NCBI GenBank assembly: GCA_010093605.1
Contig: MU004191.1
Coordinates: forward strand, 1,596,816-1,660,815
Length of the DNA stretch: 64,000 bases
Direction of reading: 5' to 3'
From: Lophium mytilinum
Taxonomy: Eukaryota
A model generated the notes under the pieces. It did not search any database. It had not been told where the DNA came from and was given only the letters and a program-made list of their open reading frames with translations. Below are positions 26,849-40,916 of this stretch, in pieces; position 1 is the stretch's first letter, and every line of letters starts with the position of its first letter. Made by a program: the position numbers and the translations under genes.

Positions 26849-27808
26849 TGTGAAGTATGAATGTTGAGAGCAGTTGCTCTGCGGAGAGGGTGTTATTGAT
26901 AAGACGGCATCGATGGATTGAGGCTGCTTCCGTGGTTCGGGAGACTGCGTTGTGAAGTCCGTTCGGTGAGGAATGACGTGCCGTTTATGGGTCTTAGATA
27001 GGCGCTTGGACCGACTTCAACGATCGCCTTTAAATTATGGTATAGTTTCGTCTCACCAACAGCAGAATTTAATTGAAGGGGATTTAAGGTAAGGAATCGA
27101 GTGCGGGGGTGCAAGCTGATTTCTGTAAAGACTTGTCCGTGAATTAGTATACGGCGCCTAGCCATAAATCTGTTCCCAGTACATCAACTGGAAGCCCAAC
27201 TTTACTCTGGGTTTCTGGAACATACTCGAAATCACCGCTCGTAGCCACGAAAGAGTGTACACTGACGATCTTCATCTACATTCTTAGACCCCGTCGAGGC
27301 ACCATGCAGTGTCAGGTTAGACTTCACACCTCACGTCACGGCAGCAGCAAGATCGTGATGGAGAAGCCCCTTCATTATGGCCATTTGCAAAATGGCAGAT
27401 ATTGTACACGCCTAGCTCCATTACCCGCAGTCAGACCCTCAAGAACAGGCAAATGGGTATTATGAGTTCCGACCAAAGAAAAGACCGGGAAAAACTTCTT
27501 CAGCATCTCCATCCCATTAGCAACACTCTCAACGGTAAAGCCGCCGGTTAGAACCATGAAAAGTCCATAAACCATCCAGACGCCTAGAACCACCACATAA
27601 TTCCAAGTCGATTTCGAAATTGTATCCGGTATTGAAGCAGGGTCCGGGAGCCGGAAGCCGAGTCGAAAGCCATAGCCGTAACCTTAGCGATTGCCACGCC
27701 GGATCCAGGACATATAACACCAGAAGATTCACGCAGCATTTGTGCAGTGGTAGGGGAAGGGACACATAAAAAAAAGGAAATCATTACCTCGTGACGTCTC
27801 ATCTCGTC

Positions 27809-29034
27809 TCACAGCATCTTTCCGGGAACGAATATGAAGAGACAGCAGAGCGCTGTGTCGAAGGCGATCATTGCGGCCAAGAGCACAATGGCGCGTCTAG
27901 TCAGAATCGACTTGATGAATGGTTCGCGGATGCGAGAGAAGTCCATGAACGTGTACTCGCTGAAGCCGGCAAGAACGAGAACCGGGTCAAGCTGCCACTG
28001 GTGCGAGAAGAGGGCGTAGACGCAGATAGTGAACGGAAGGATGATCTATGAGTGTTAGCTTCGTAATTCTTGCAATCATTAGTGGATAGTTGTAAATGGC
28101 AACGCACCCAGCACCTAGTGCTTCTTGAGGCATCCCGGAATATCAAAATGAATGCAGTCCAGAAACCCCCGAACAAGGCCAGCAAGCCGATGATTAGGCG
28201 CATCATCATACTTGGTGGAACAATGTTGCCGAGGCCCTTGCTCTGTAAGAATCCTGGGAAAGCGTCACGCTCCATAGCCTGAAAGACGTAGTCCTTGGCG
28301 GCATCGAATAGCTCTGGGTCGCTACGCTGATCCGGGCCTTCGATAGCCTCCTGGATGTCGTTGAGGATACCTTGCGGGATGATGATCTCACGCTCGGAGC
28401 CGGGGAGAAGGTAGGTGTATAGAATCTTCTCGGCGGAGGCACGGAGGTCTTCGCGCTTGGGGACGTTGTCTGCTCCGGAGGATATTTGGCCTGGCGAGCT
28501 TGAATTGTTGCCGGGCGAGCTGCCGTCATTCGTCATGAAGCTGGGTCGGGGTCGCTCCATTCCCGGAGTCGAGCGGTTGCTTCCCAGACTGCCCTGAGGC
28601 GAGTGGTTGGTGCTGCCATGGTCGGAACGCAGGAACGCGGAGAGACGCTGGTCGGAAGTGCCATTCTTCTCGTTGGAGGGGCCCTCGCCCGCATTGTCTA
28701 GGATGTACGAAGAACGCTTGCTGGTCTCCTTCTCCAATTCTGGGGTGTCCTCGATGACGGATCGGTGAAGGCGGCGAACGTAGTGTCGGCAGAGCGAGAG
28801 ATGTTGCGAGACATCAAGCCTATATCACAATTAGCGAAAGCCCGGAAGGCCTTCCTCTGCTCCGCGAACTCACCAGAAGTCCAGGTAGTCGACCGAGCGC
28901 TGCTGGTCGCGCATGTAAATGTAGAAGGAGAACAGGTCGACCGGTGGAAGGGTCTTGCGGCTCAGGACCTCGAACAGGCTGGGGAAGCCGGACCTGTGGT
29001 AGGCGCGGTCGGGGAGAGGTGATGGAGCCGCCAT
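27809..29034 (-). CDS. RAX1: RGS-domain bud-site/polarity protein Rax1 (RgsB-like) with C-terminal TM helices
   Basis: PSLFEVLSRKTLPPVDLFSFYIYMRDQQRSVDYLDFWLDVSQH, ASAEKILYTYLLPGSEREI and FQAMERDAFPGFL. Introns 28820-28873 and 28046-28107. Confidence 0.93.
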
Positions 29035-29748
29035 GTCGGACGGTGGCGGATGAGGTCGCTGGGTTGAGCGAGAGTTCTAGTTGCCGTAGGGGGTGAAGCC
29101 GGCAGGAGAGAGCGTCGGCGGCGAGGTCGTGAGATGGACGGAGGTGAGGTGGGCCGCCAATTGATGCGAAGAAGGCGATTCGTCGGGAGATTGGACGTGA
29201 TCCTGTGGTCTTGGCGCGATGGGTCGAAACGAGTGGATGAAGCGGCCTTGCGATGGAATTGCGGCGACCTCACAGCGGACGAGGCCAGCTAGACGCAACG
29301 ATGGGCACGGCGGGCGAATATGGGGAAGTGGGCGATGGCGTCGGTGACGATAGTCAGTGAGATGGTGTTGAAGCTGGCGTGGCTCGAAGAGGCACAGGGC
29401 CTGCAATCCTGCGACGCCGCCCGTGTCGATCTTTTTTCCGACGCCGGACCTGACTCCTGGGCGCGGGGATCAGAAGCAGCAAAGCGCAGCCAGCAGCTGT
29501 TCAAGCAATGCCCAAGTGAAGACTTTTCCAATGGCTGGTAAAACAGCACCAAAAGGCCCAGTAAGCCGGAGTCGTGCAGCTTCCAATAGCCCCTTGCTCA
29601 GCCGCAAGGCAGCAGCGTTGAAGGCCATGCACGGCGTCGCATAGCCCCAGTAGTTGAAGCAGAGTCACTCTCCGTTCTCGAGTCACGCACATACATAAAG
29701 CTTGCATCTTCACGACTTTTACAGGCACGCGCCTTTACGGCTTCTAGC

Positions 29749-30592
29749 ATGCTCAAGTCTGTTATCAAAAAAACCGCCACAATGTCTATCAAGAAACCCT
29801 TCACTTTGCCCGAGAGGTTCCTCGAGGGCCCAGCTCCCGCCATCAAGGTCTCCAAAATTGACTTTGCCAAATCGACAATCCCCGAATACGATAATTTATG
29901 GGCAGTCATTCTAGACGATGTAATGACACCTGCAGAATGCAAGGCACTGGTGAACGCTGCCGAGGCGACGACTGATGGGAAGTGGGAGCGCGCCATGATC
30001 AACGTCGGCAATGGCAGACAGGCGCTGTATGAAGATACTAGGAACTGCGGGCGCATCATCTGGGATGACAAAGAGATTGTAGCAAAGCTTTGGGCTCGGG
30101 TTGAGGCTACTGTCCCAGAGCTGCAGTATTTGGAGAACTGGCCAAAGGTCACAGGTATTGGTCCGCAGAAGCGCAAGGAGACATGGAGAATGACTAGATT
30201 GAACGAACGAATGAGGTTTCTCAAGTACTCCAGCGGCGAGTTCTTCCGACGTGAGTAATGCCACAGCGCTGATAATATGGATAGATTGCTTAGTACCTAT
30301 AGCACACTGCGACGGAACATACGAAACACCAGACTTCAAAGAGAGGTCCTACTTCACACTCCACCTGTATCTCAACGACGCATCATCGGACCCCAAGGGC
30401 CAGTCGCTGCAGGGCGGTTCCACTACTTTTCATGCATTCGACATGAAGAGGCGGATTGACGTGGAGCCAAAAATTGGACGTGTCCTCCTCTTCCAGCATA
30501 AATTCCTATTACATTCTGGCGACGACGTAACACGGGGAACAAAATTGACAATGCGGACCGACGTCATGTTCGAGAAGGATCGCAGCACATAA
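29749..30592 (+). CDS. 2OG-Fe(II) oxygenase, prolyl 4-hydroxylase-like
   Basis: LNERMRFLKY, HCD (HxD), TLHLYLN, GGSTTF, LLHSGDDV and MRTDVMF. Intron 30251-30302. Alternative ATG at 29782. Confidence 0.93.
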
Positions 30593-31447
30593 GCCCTCTC
30601 TTTGCAGCGAGTTTTGACGTTTTGATGTATTGAGAGGAACAAAAGGCGCCTATGTGTCGGCGCTTTAAATTGGATGGGGAGCAAACTTAGCTTCGAAAAT
30701 GGACCTACCACAATTTGTTTTAATGTCATTAGTAGTATCCCAAATCCCGAATGGAAGAACTCAGACGTACCTGAAGATAAAAAATTGAAGCGGCCGTCCT
30801 CACCAGAGTAATCGGAATCGAATGATGCCTTCCCTCTTTCACTCGCACCAGCCAGTTGCCCAGATAGTGTCCGCTACTCAAAGTCCAGCACGCTGCGTAT
30901 TGCACTAAAGTGTCGCACGTATGCACACAATCTTCGCATAGGCTCCCATAGGGACACCACATCCACAACCACGCAAGCGTAGAGGTAGAGTGGGCCCTGA
31001 GTTTTCTGATGCCCGATGCAAGCGTGAGTGTCACGCCAGGCCCTCACGGGCAGCTGTGTCAGAGCTCCTCGGCAAGCCGTGAAGGTGGCAGTGTGGGGTG
31101 AAGATTACTCCGAATTTCTCATTTGCAAGGAAAGGACGGACCGAGCAGCCACAAGGGCGCAAGGTGTCTGTGTGTGAGCAAAGAAACGCAGCATTGGTGA
31201 GGTCGACCGCTTGAGGAAAGGAAAAGGTGGTGAGTTAGAGCTTGAGGTTTTTGTAGCTGTGGCTGCCGATACGTTCTTCCGGCCCGAAGAGCATTGGCCA
31301 ATCAGCAGAGACACACGTGGACCCCAGCTCTCCCCGCGAATGTCACCGCAACAACCATCACAACTAGCGTTACCAGAAGCATATCATAGTCTCAGACTAG
31401 GTTGTGCTCTTCAACCAAACACTACGTTATCTTCGCAATTCACCCCA

Positions 31448-33142
31448 ATGAAGTCCAGCATGGACCAAATCCCCATTGAACTGTTGCAGATGATTGTCCA
31501 AGAACTAGAAGACTTTGGACCATATCCAGATGCTTCTTCTCTCCTATCCGGAAGAATCTCATCTTCGCTCACAGCTGATGAATGCCTGATGAACAAGAGA
31601 TGCGGGTTGATCAATTGGTCGAAGCTTACCGAGGAGTCCCGACGCGATATTTTGAACTGCCGACAAGTTGCTACATGTTTTCGAGACGCTGCCTGGCCTT
31701 CCTTTGGAAAGGTAATCGGAGACCTTTTGTTTAGAATTACTAAGAAAGATATGAAGGACTTGACGGAGATATCAAAGGTGGAAAAGCTAGGACCATGGCT
31801 GCGCAGTCTGACGTTCGGGACCAGGATATTTGCGAAACCAATTGGATTCATGAGGGATGGCCTGGACACTGTTATTGATGATGAAGACATGGACGATGAC
31901 GATTTCTGGGAGCTTGCCTACAACGGCGATCCCGAGCCAGACCCTCACGTATATTCTGGAGACCTCGAACCTGAACGTTGGAGAGATATCATATCTTTCC
32001 AAGAATTCTTACGAAGGAGCACGGAAATGCTTCAGAGAGAGTTCATGATCCTTGTCGACGCGTATCGAGAGCAGTATCAGGCTGAAGTGACTCTCTTTGA
32101 GTCTGGATCGGCTTCATCGGGTCTCTGCGAGATCTTCCAGGCTCTTCCACAGTTGACAGATCTCCGAATCGTCCAAGCAGACTCATATGGGTACAGGCCC
32201 ATGCACATCAAAGGGTTTCTACGTGTAGGGCAGAAGTGGTTTTTCGATAGGTGTATTCGGGACTGGCTAGACCAGCAGAGTGGCAAGTTCAGGCCTTATC
32301 CTGGAGAGTATTCCGAAGACGATTCTGGCGACGATTTTGGCGACTGCGCTATTCCAAGTGCAGAAAACCCGGAAGCTTGGATGGATGAATATGAATATCG
32401 CGCTGAGCGCAGTCTCCGCTTCTTTTACAGAAATTGCCCGGAAGTGGTTCTACCGATACTCTTTCAGGCGTTGACTGCGTCAAACAAAATCCTTAACGAC
32501 CTCAGAATCGGACTGGAAAACTATGACTATCTGAAGCCGGAACCATCATTATCGGTCCCCAAGACTTTTGACAAGCTCCATACTCTCCGCATTCGCATTG
32601 ATCTGCCTGGCGTAGAGCCTACAACCGGTACATATTTCCACCTCATGCTACACGTTCTCAGGACAAGCCGCTGCATCCGAGACTTCCACCTCGATATTTA
32701 CGATCGCTTACCTATCGGTTTTGTTGTGGGAACCCCATTCAATGACGACCTTGACCGAGTAAGTCCCAACACGACCGCCATCATAAGGGCACTCCGCAAC
32801 GTTAAGGGCCCCCTTACAAGGCTCTCTCTTATTGGGAGCGGTGGTCAACGATGGCGTGTGCCTGCGAATGACTTGATCTCTATATTCGAAGCCCATTCCA
32901 GGACCCTCAAATGCATCACTCTGCAATCGCTGTACGTCTCCACACAATGGAACCCTGTTCTACATAATATCGTAAGCGAGAACTACGCCAAACTACAGTA
33001 TCTCGGGATCGACGACTTGAGCTATGGCCAGAAGATCGTGTGGAATCCCAGGAAAGATGTCGACAGGGCCCTCCTGGATGGTAGCTCTTTCGAAGTAGTT
33101 GACAGCGAGGGTGTGATCAACAATTCGAGATGTGTCTCCTAG
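31448..33142 (+). CDS. F-box-like protein, local paralog family member A
   Basis: IPIELLQMIVQEL...WSKLTEESRRDILNCRQV...LRSLTFGT...YAKLQYLGI. Intronless; the start is chosen at the ATG just before the F-box-like helix. Confidence 0.82.
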   Translation: MKSSMDQIPIELLQMIVQELEDFGPYPDASSLLSGRISSSLTADECLMNKRCGLINWSKLTEESRRDILNCRQVATCFRDAAWPSFGKVIGDLLFRITKKDMKDLTEISKVEKLGPWLRSLTFGTRIFAKPIGFMRDGLDTVIDDEDMDDDDFWELAYNGDPEPDPHVYSGDLEPERWRDIISFQEFLRRSTEMLQREFMILVDAYREQYQAEVTLFESGSASSGLCEIFQALPQLTDLRIVQADSYGYRPMHIKGFLRVGQKWFFDRCIRDWLDQQSGKFRPYPGEYSEDDSGDDFGDCAIPSAENPEAWMDEYEYRAERSLRFFYRNCPEVVLPILFQALTASNKILNDLRIGLENYDYLKPEPSLSVPKTFDKLHTLRIRIDLPGVEPTTGTYFHLMLHVLRTSRCIRDFHLDIYDRLPIGFVVGTPFNDDLDRVSPNTTAIIRALRNVKGPLTRLSLIGSGGQRWRVPANDLISIFEAHSRTLKCITLQSLYVSTQWNPVLHNIVSENYAKLQYLGIDDLSYGQKIVWNPRKDVDRALLDGSSFEVVDSEGVINNSRCVS

Positions 33143-35668
33143 AGACGCCAACTTACCCACACAGAACTAGGCCACAAGTCTGCACACACGACACACGAAT
33201 ATGCCACTACTTGAATGCTGCTTCAGATGCAAGACACTGCTGTCAGGAAAAGCTTTGTCGCTAGGGCGCTGGCTGTTTAGAAGGCAACTCAGATTACACT
33301 TCATGAAACTCGACATCGCGAGTAGATCTTTGAAACCGGCGCGGTTGCCACATGTAATGGAAGAGAATATGCACAGACTCGTCGTAGTCATTGTACTCTG
33401 TGTGGCCGATTCACCCTACCATGTGAATTCAATGTTCTTAGCTGATCATCGTTTTTCTTCGCTTTTGGTGTGCTCTCCGTCGACCTAATTTCACTTGTTT
33501 CCAAAAGGTCACGAAGGATGTTTTCCACAGGATGCGGGTCGGCAACATGGCCCAGTTCATAGCTGGAGGCTGGATCAGGTAACATAACCGAGAAGCACTC
33601 TCTTCTTGAAGTTCTCGATGGCAACGAATTACGACGGACGGGATGAGACTTTGCAGGAAGATAAGGTGTCCAGCTGGTAGATATATACACAGATAATGCC
33701 CGAACCCAAGACTCCCAAAGGCCAGGTTAAACTACCACAGATCCCGACATCTCTAACGAATCGGAATGTAGATTAGCGACGTCGGTGTGAATGTGGAAGG
33801 TAGCTATAAACTCTATAGGCGAACGCCTACCGCCTAGTCGTGAACTACTGTATCAATCCTGTTCTCGTTAAACGTAGTGAGAGCCATTTAGTGCGTAAAC
33901 ATTCGTCGTCAACCCGGGCGCATAAAGTCTGCCAATCCGCAGCATATTCAGTAACCAGCAACGCATCTCCTGCAATATCAGGAGCAACTCCAATTGAGAG
34001 AGTCGAATTAGACATCATCAACGCCTTACCCGCTCCGCACTCCCGGCGCCAAGTCGCGGCAACCGTTGCGGCCGATCCGCCCCAAAAAGGGCCGGAAATA
34101 AGCCCGCAACGTGCTGATGTTGACATGCAGGGGTGCCTTGGCCCACGACCGTCAGGTGCGGCCAGGATGGAAGCGAATGCATGCGAGTCATCCTAGAAGA
34201 AGCAACTGATTGCCGGCAGGAGGCCGACGGGCAGGGTTGGCCGCTGTTTGACATTGGCTTGGCCCCGTTTGCCCACTTGCCTGCAGACTCTTTGTTTTTG
34301 TTGTCGCCCATGGCACGGGCGGGCGTACTATTTGCACGGTTGCTAAGGTTGTTGATGCTGTGCTAGGAGAGCAAGATAGGAGGCGCGGTGTGTGTGTTGC
34401 GCTGCGCTGCGCGTGCACACATGACGGGCAGAGGAGGGCCCTGCCCCTCCTGCGTGCGGCTCAGGCGCGTACATGGCACATTTCTGCAGCTTCATAGCGT
34501 GCATCGTGAATCGCCGGCCTGCTGCGCCACGGCTTGCAGCGACAAACGCGGGCTGCAGAGCAGTGAAGGAGTCTGGGGAAAGCGGGCCTCGTGCAGAGCC
34601 CAAACACGCTGCTGAAGGCCTTCGGCGGGCGATGGCTGGGGGCGTCGATGCTGCTGCTGCGAGATCAGGGGCTCGAGGTGCCACAGCGGCCGGCGAGACG
34701 CAGCCAGCTCTTATGCTCGAGCGTTGGCAATAGCAGAGGCGGAGGGAGGTCCGTCGGCATGAGGCAGTTCGGCATGACGGTCATTTGCGCCATCCCTACT
34801 CGGAGCACACGTACCAGGTCGCAGCATCGTCCAGGCCTGCCGAGATCTTGAAACAGCTCCGGCCGCCTGTCGTCGAGGAGAGCGCCGAGGGAGGCGGCTG
34901 GGGGCCGTTGAAGGCGTGGAGGACGGGATTGCAGTTGGCCGTCTGGGCGGTGAATGGAGCTGGCATCGTCTCGCGGGCAGCAGCAGATGGATCGGCAGCC
35001 AGGCACAGGCGCCGGGAGGGAGGGCTTTGGGGCGTGTTTTTTGGGTGGTGGTGACTTGTTCGCCCCTATATCTCTAGTGCTCGACGTCCGTGCTGGCAGT
35101 CGAGCTCCCTGGTGTGCAGGCTAATCTCCACGCTTTCCGCCCACGAGCGACTACGCCGGCAGCGACGACCGCTCTCTGGAACAACTCTCATACATCACGA
35201 CAACCTCGCCCAGGGCCAATCGTTCCCACACACCACCGCCGAGCCAAACGGCCTCGCTGTGCGCCAACGACAGAGCCCCCGCCCGTAATCCGGCGCCTCA
35301 GGCCTACACCACAACACGCTCGCTTCAGCGCTATCAGCCGCGCTGCATGTGAGAGCTGCCCCGGCGACGCCAGCGACCTCCTCGACCACGACATCTCCTC
35401 CGCCGACACCTCCATCGTGAGAATCGCCACGGCCGATCGAGCTGCCTGCCCGTCCTCACGCCCGCAGTCGCCGTGTCTGCCGGCCCCGTCCAGCCACCCG
35501 CTGTCGCGACCGCCTGACGCCTTCATGCACCACGAGGCCCGCGCAACTCCCACCCTCACCACCACCAGACCCAATTCCACGCCCTGAGAGCCAGCGCGTC
35601 CCTTCGCACGCCGCCTCAAGCAGCCTGTGCCGGCAGACGCTCGCTCCCGCTGTCCGTGACAGAGGAGG

Positions 35669-38600
35669 ATGTCTTCGGCAGCAGTACAGGCCACTGGACC
35701 CCCAATATCAAACCGCTCCTATCAGCAGTCATCGCCGCATGGGCGAGACCAGTACTACTCCCAGCAATCCCCAACCGTGGCCTCCTCGCCCTCCGCGTCG
35801 CGGAAGTCCTCGAGGCGTCCCGGAGGCAATGGCGCGTCTCCCAACACTCCCACCACGCCGCAGAACCACTACTCGCCCGCGGCCTCGACTTCGTCCAACC
35901 TGACCACGCCCCGGCAGCAGCTCCCGCCGACCACCAACGTGTCCCCCGTCATGACTACCCCCGTCACCGCTTCCTACAATTCAGTCGGCGGCCCGTCCGT
36001 CCCCCCACGTACGTCTTCACACCGCAACAACAAATCGTCTGCGAGCTCTTCGAACCCCCAGTTAACCGCCATGTCTGCAGATGATCGCCCGTCATCCTCG
36101 CGAGCCGCCCAGCAGTATGCAGCCGGATACAGCAGTGGGAGCGACAGAGAGAAGCTTCGAGACGATCCCGCCTCGGCCGCCGCAAATGCTGCCCAATCAC
36201 GGCGGAGAGCACATCCTTCGCCCAAGGACAGCCCGCGGCAACAGACGAGCTCCTCCAGCAGGTCAAAGCACTCCCCGGCGCAGCCAGTGCACAGTCGATC
36301 AGCGACTGCTGTCGGTCAAACTCCTGTCGGCACAGAGCTGTCGCGAGAGGCGAGCAATGTCATCAGCAGACTAGTCATCACCGATCCTCAAGAAGACATC
36401 GCACGAGAGGAAGCTCGTATAGCTGAATCGCGACCCGCTGCAGCTGGGGCCGATGTTACACCCAGAACAGGCCTCGGCCTTGTTGGCAGCGAAGGCGTAG
36501 ATGATGGAGGTCGGGGTGCTGGCAAGAGCCGGCAGGATCACTCTAGGTCTGAAAACTCCAGGAAACACACCAAATTCGGGGACTACATTCTCGGCCAAAC
36601 ACTCGGCGAGGGCGAGTTCGGCAAAGTCAAGATGGGCTGGAAGAAGGATGGCGGCGTCGAGGTAGCTATCAAACTAATCAGACGGGAGAATCTTGGCTCA
36701 AACACAGGGCGCATAGCGAAGATCCACCGCGAAATCTCCATCCTCCGAGGCCTAGAACACCCGAACATTGTTCGATTGCATGAGATGGTGGAAACAGAAC
36801 GGCATATCGGAATCATCCTCGAGTATGCATCCGGCGGCGAGCTGTTCGATTACATTCTCAACCACCGATATCTCAAAGACAACGCAGCCCGACGGCTGTT
36901 CGCCCAGCTAATTTCTGGAGTGGGATATCTACACAAGAAGGGAATTGTCCACCGAGATTTGAAGCTCGAGAATCTTCTTCTGGACCGGAATCGGAACATC
37001 ATCATCACTGATTTCGGTTTCGCGAACACTTTCAGGCCGGACGACGAACTTGGCGAGGAGATAGAGTACAATCTCGGAAACCGAGACTTTGTGAAGAAAA
37101 TGGGATTGGAGGGAACCGACGGCAACCGTCGAGGAGATCTCATGCAGACAAGCTGTGGTAGCCCCTGCTACGCTGCGCCGGAACTCGTGGTCAGCGACTC
37201 GTTATACACGGGTCGCAAGGTGGACGTCTGGAGTTGTGGTGTAATCTTGGTAAGTCGTGGACCCTGTCCATCCCGAGTCGCGTTTTGATTAATGCTGATC
37301 TCGGCAGTATGCAATGCTTGCCGGTTACCTTCCCTTCGACGACGATCCAGCCAATCCCGAAGGCGACAACATCAACCTCCTATACAAGTATATCGTATCC
37401 ACCCCACTTACTTTCCCTGAATACGTCACACCTCACGCTCGGGACCTGTTAAAACGGATATTAGTACCTGACCCGCGAAAGCGGGCCGATCTGTTTGAGG
37501 TAGCCCGACACAGCTGGCTCAGCGACTATGCACATGTGGTTGCGTTGATTACGTCCACCACTACGTCGTCAAAAGACATTGCAAACACGACCGTCCCATC
37601 CCGTGAGCCTGATCCTCTGATATCTTCTCCCCTCCAGCCTGCTGATAAGTGCGAAGAAGATGCTTTCGAGACGCCGACGCTCGCCCGGAGTGCATCCGTG
37701 AGGGAACCTGGGAAACCGAACACCACAGTCTCGCCCGTCGGAGGCCTCGCGCAGAAACACGGCCACGTCAACCGAACTGAGCAGCCAGAGAGCTCCAAGA
37801 GTCAACGGGACAACAAACGGCGCACTGTGCAGGTCGAGTATGTGGCTCCTCAGTCACAGACTCAACGTGGAGAATCTTCTCCTCCAGTCCATAGCTCAAC
37901 TGCTACCGCGTCGGGTAGCTCGAGAACTCGGGTCAAAGAGCCAGGCCCAGTGGAGGTACCCCCAACAGACGGATATCAGTCATCTGGCAATAACCCCCGA
38001 ACTCGAGGTCAATCCTCAGCTGCGACATCTTCGGTGCAACCTCCTACTTCAAGGAACCAACGTTCAGTGTCAGATTCGACGGCTTTCGGAAACGTTCCTG
38101 CGACATCTGCAGCACGACCGTCAACCGGAGGAACTCTTGGAGGTGGTTCACGACTACCGTCGCGTGGAAACTCGTATGGGCAGCCCGCCGCCGCTTCAGT
38201 CGCTCAGACACATGCCGAAGGGCATTTCTCACAGCCACGAGGAAAGCAGTATTCCATTTCTGCTCCTATCCCGCAACCAGAAGCGATGATTGGCGACCCG
38301 TCCATCGGCCGACCGAGCACGCAACGTGTGCCTTCAAATTACCAGCAAGGCCCAGTGTCCAATTCCCATCAAAAGGGGCACAAACGGTCAAGCACTGTCA
38401 GTGAGACGCTTGGAAGGGTTGCGTCAATATTCAGCAGTAGGCCGGCCAATAACGACCAAGGTCGTGAGAAGCAACAGAGATCATACCCTCCCACGAGTAT
38501 GGCGGGCCCCATGTCTAATGATGAGATGCCTCGGCAGTCGACAGAGTCCAACCGTCGTACCTCGTTTGGTTTCAACAGGAAGCCTTCCGATCAATCTGGT

Positions 38601-39305
38601 GGAGCCAAGTCGGGCAGGAGATTTTCCCTAATCCCAGCAGCTCTCTCAAGACACAAGACACAGGAAGCAGGTCCACCTGGAAGCTCGTACTCAACCGCAG
38701 ATCCCCGACGATCTGCAGCAGCATCCGCATCGCGCAGCAGACCCGTAACCAGGCCCCAGATGGCGTTCGGACGAGGTGAAAGTCGATCCCCCAGCCAGAG
38801 CACGACTGGGAGCACCGTGCCCCCTCATGCGTACGACGGCCAGCAGGATCGACCCCGCGATAGTCCTTCCCAGCGCATGGACATGAGAGGCGGCGCTCCA
38901 ACGTCGGCACCCGCCCAGCAGACTCACTTCAACAACGGCCAGGTCTATCCCCAACTTATTGGCGACGACAAATTCCCAGGTCCCAACGTCCCTCACCCCA
39001 CTCAATCCTACCGCAACCAACCTTACCGCCACACGAACGACTCCGAGGCCTCCGAGCCGCCCGCACAGTCGTCCAGCTACCGCCCTCAATATCCCGCCGG
39101 TTTCAACAGCTACGATTCCCCACCACAGCAGCAGCAGAGCCGGAATAAGAACCCAGCCGTGCTGCAGAAGAGCCGCAAGTTCGGCGATGCCTACGACGAG
39201 GGCAAGCAAGGCACCAACCACTCCGGCAGCTCGGCGCCAGCGAAGCGCGTCATGGACTTCTTCCGGAGGACCGGCAAGCAGCGCGGTACCAAGGCCGACC
39301 GATAA
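35669..39305 (+). CDS. KIN4: Ser/Thr protein kinase, Kin4/KfsA-like (CAMK group)
   Basis: GEGEFGKVK, VAIK, HRDLKLEN, DFG, GDLMQTSCGSPCYAAPELVV, GYLPFDDDPANPEGDNINLLYKYI and C-terminal AKRVMDFFRR. Intron 37250-37307, and probably 37603-37656. Confidence 0.93.
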
Positions 39306-40916
39306 CGAGATCCCCGGCGAGCGTAACCGTTAGCGGTGTTTGCATTTTAAAGCCCGTTTTTGCATAAGGAGGTATTTCCAGCGCGGCATTCGATTAAGGC
39401 CAGTTTCCGAGTTATATACCACTTTGCCTGGCGAACCGGCCCCCCCCTCCCCACTTCCAGCATTGAGCGATGCGAAAGTCCCCCATTTTTTTCCACAGCG
39501 AGTCAGTGTGGACGAAGAAGTGTGTGTGTGAAATTGAGATTGGCGTGCGAGTGGGGGGGCGGGCTGCTTGGGTAATGCATTAAGGCGGCGCCAGGGAGTT
39601 TTTTTTGTGTTCTCGGCCTGTAGTTTTTTTTTCCTTTCTTCTCACTTCCCTACCTTCTTCTCTCTCCTCCCGCTCGGTGCGTTGGCTGGCGGAGGGCCAT
39701 TGTAATCAAATGCGACTCGAGTTCGGGGAAGGGCCTGAGCAACCCTCCTCCTTGGTTTTTCTTCCTTTTTCCCCCCATGGTGTTCGCGGAGCGAGAAGGC
39801 GAAATTATTTGGAAATCTTTGTGGGAGGGGATTGCGGGAGGCGGAAATTAATCTTCGATATTTTTTTCATGCGCTGCGTGTGTGTTGTTGTGGTGCTTTT
39901 CTGGGAGCGTGTGAGCGTGGATTCCAGATGATGAGTTTGAAAAGTCTGGTGGATTAGCGAGCGAGTTGTGATTGAGTGGTGGGAGTTGGACCGAGGGGCG
40001 GTTGGGTGGTGTGTAGCTTGAAGGAGGAGGGGGTTTTTCAGATATACTTAAAGCTTCCTTGTTTTGGTCTGTCTCCTCTGCTTTTTTTATTGCGAGATTC
40101 GGGGAGTGGGGAAGGCGGGGTTCTTGGACGCCTCGTGGATGTCTAATGCCTCCCTGCCTGCCTAACGCCGTGAGTGAAGAGAAGTGGGTGAGCGAGGGAG
40201 GACGCGGATTGAGGCATGGGGGTGCCATTGTTGGAAGATAGAAGCTGGGCTGGGTATATACGCCTAGTCTTGGCTGTTAGTGTTGTAATCGAAACCGGAA
40301 TCCGAAAGACGACTTTTGTGTTATTTGACGTGATGGCTGTCAGGATGTTCACATCACCGCAGCTGCTAATTCTACGGAACCCTAACAGGGTCCAAACAAG
40401 AGTTACCTGCTCTACATGACGACCCAGTCAGCTTATTCATTGTGTCGTACGCAGGACTAGCTACGTACCTCTCCGCCTTACAGCATAGCGCATAGCTAGT
40501 ACCACCGTTTTCCGCCGCGCCGTCCGTCGTCGATCGTTCGCAGGCGCGGAAATCAGGGTCCTAACCTAATCTACCCCTCCCCGCTGCGCAAGCTGTGCCC
40601 CTGTGCAATAAGCGAAGATGCGATGGGATCCTGGAAGGCCATGACGCCATGACGGAGGCAGCGCCGCGAAATCTTGTATGTATCGAGATTTCGTGGTTCG
40701 GAGGGAGAGGGGAGGGGTGGGAAACAGGTTTTGATGGAGGGGCGGGGAGGGGGGGTATATAGGAGGGGTGGGCGTGGGGAGATGGGCGTGTTTTTATTGA
40801 TCTTTACGCATTTACACTGGACGGATTTCTAGACTGAGCGGTTCTATCAAGTTACAGACGATACCTCGAATCTACTCCTAAACACTTCTTCGCAACACTC
40901 CGATACCTTCTCAGTA

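Noticed and set aside
39848..40228. 126-aa minus-strand ORF downstream of the kinase
   Set aside because: Low-complexity sequence abutting the kinase 3' region; no motif or splice support.
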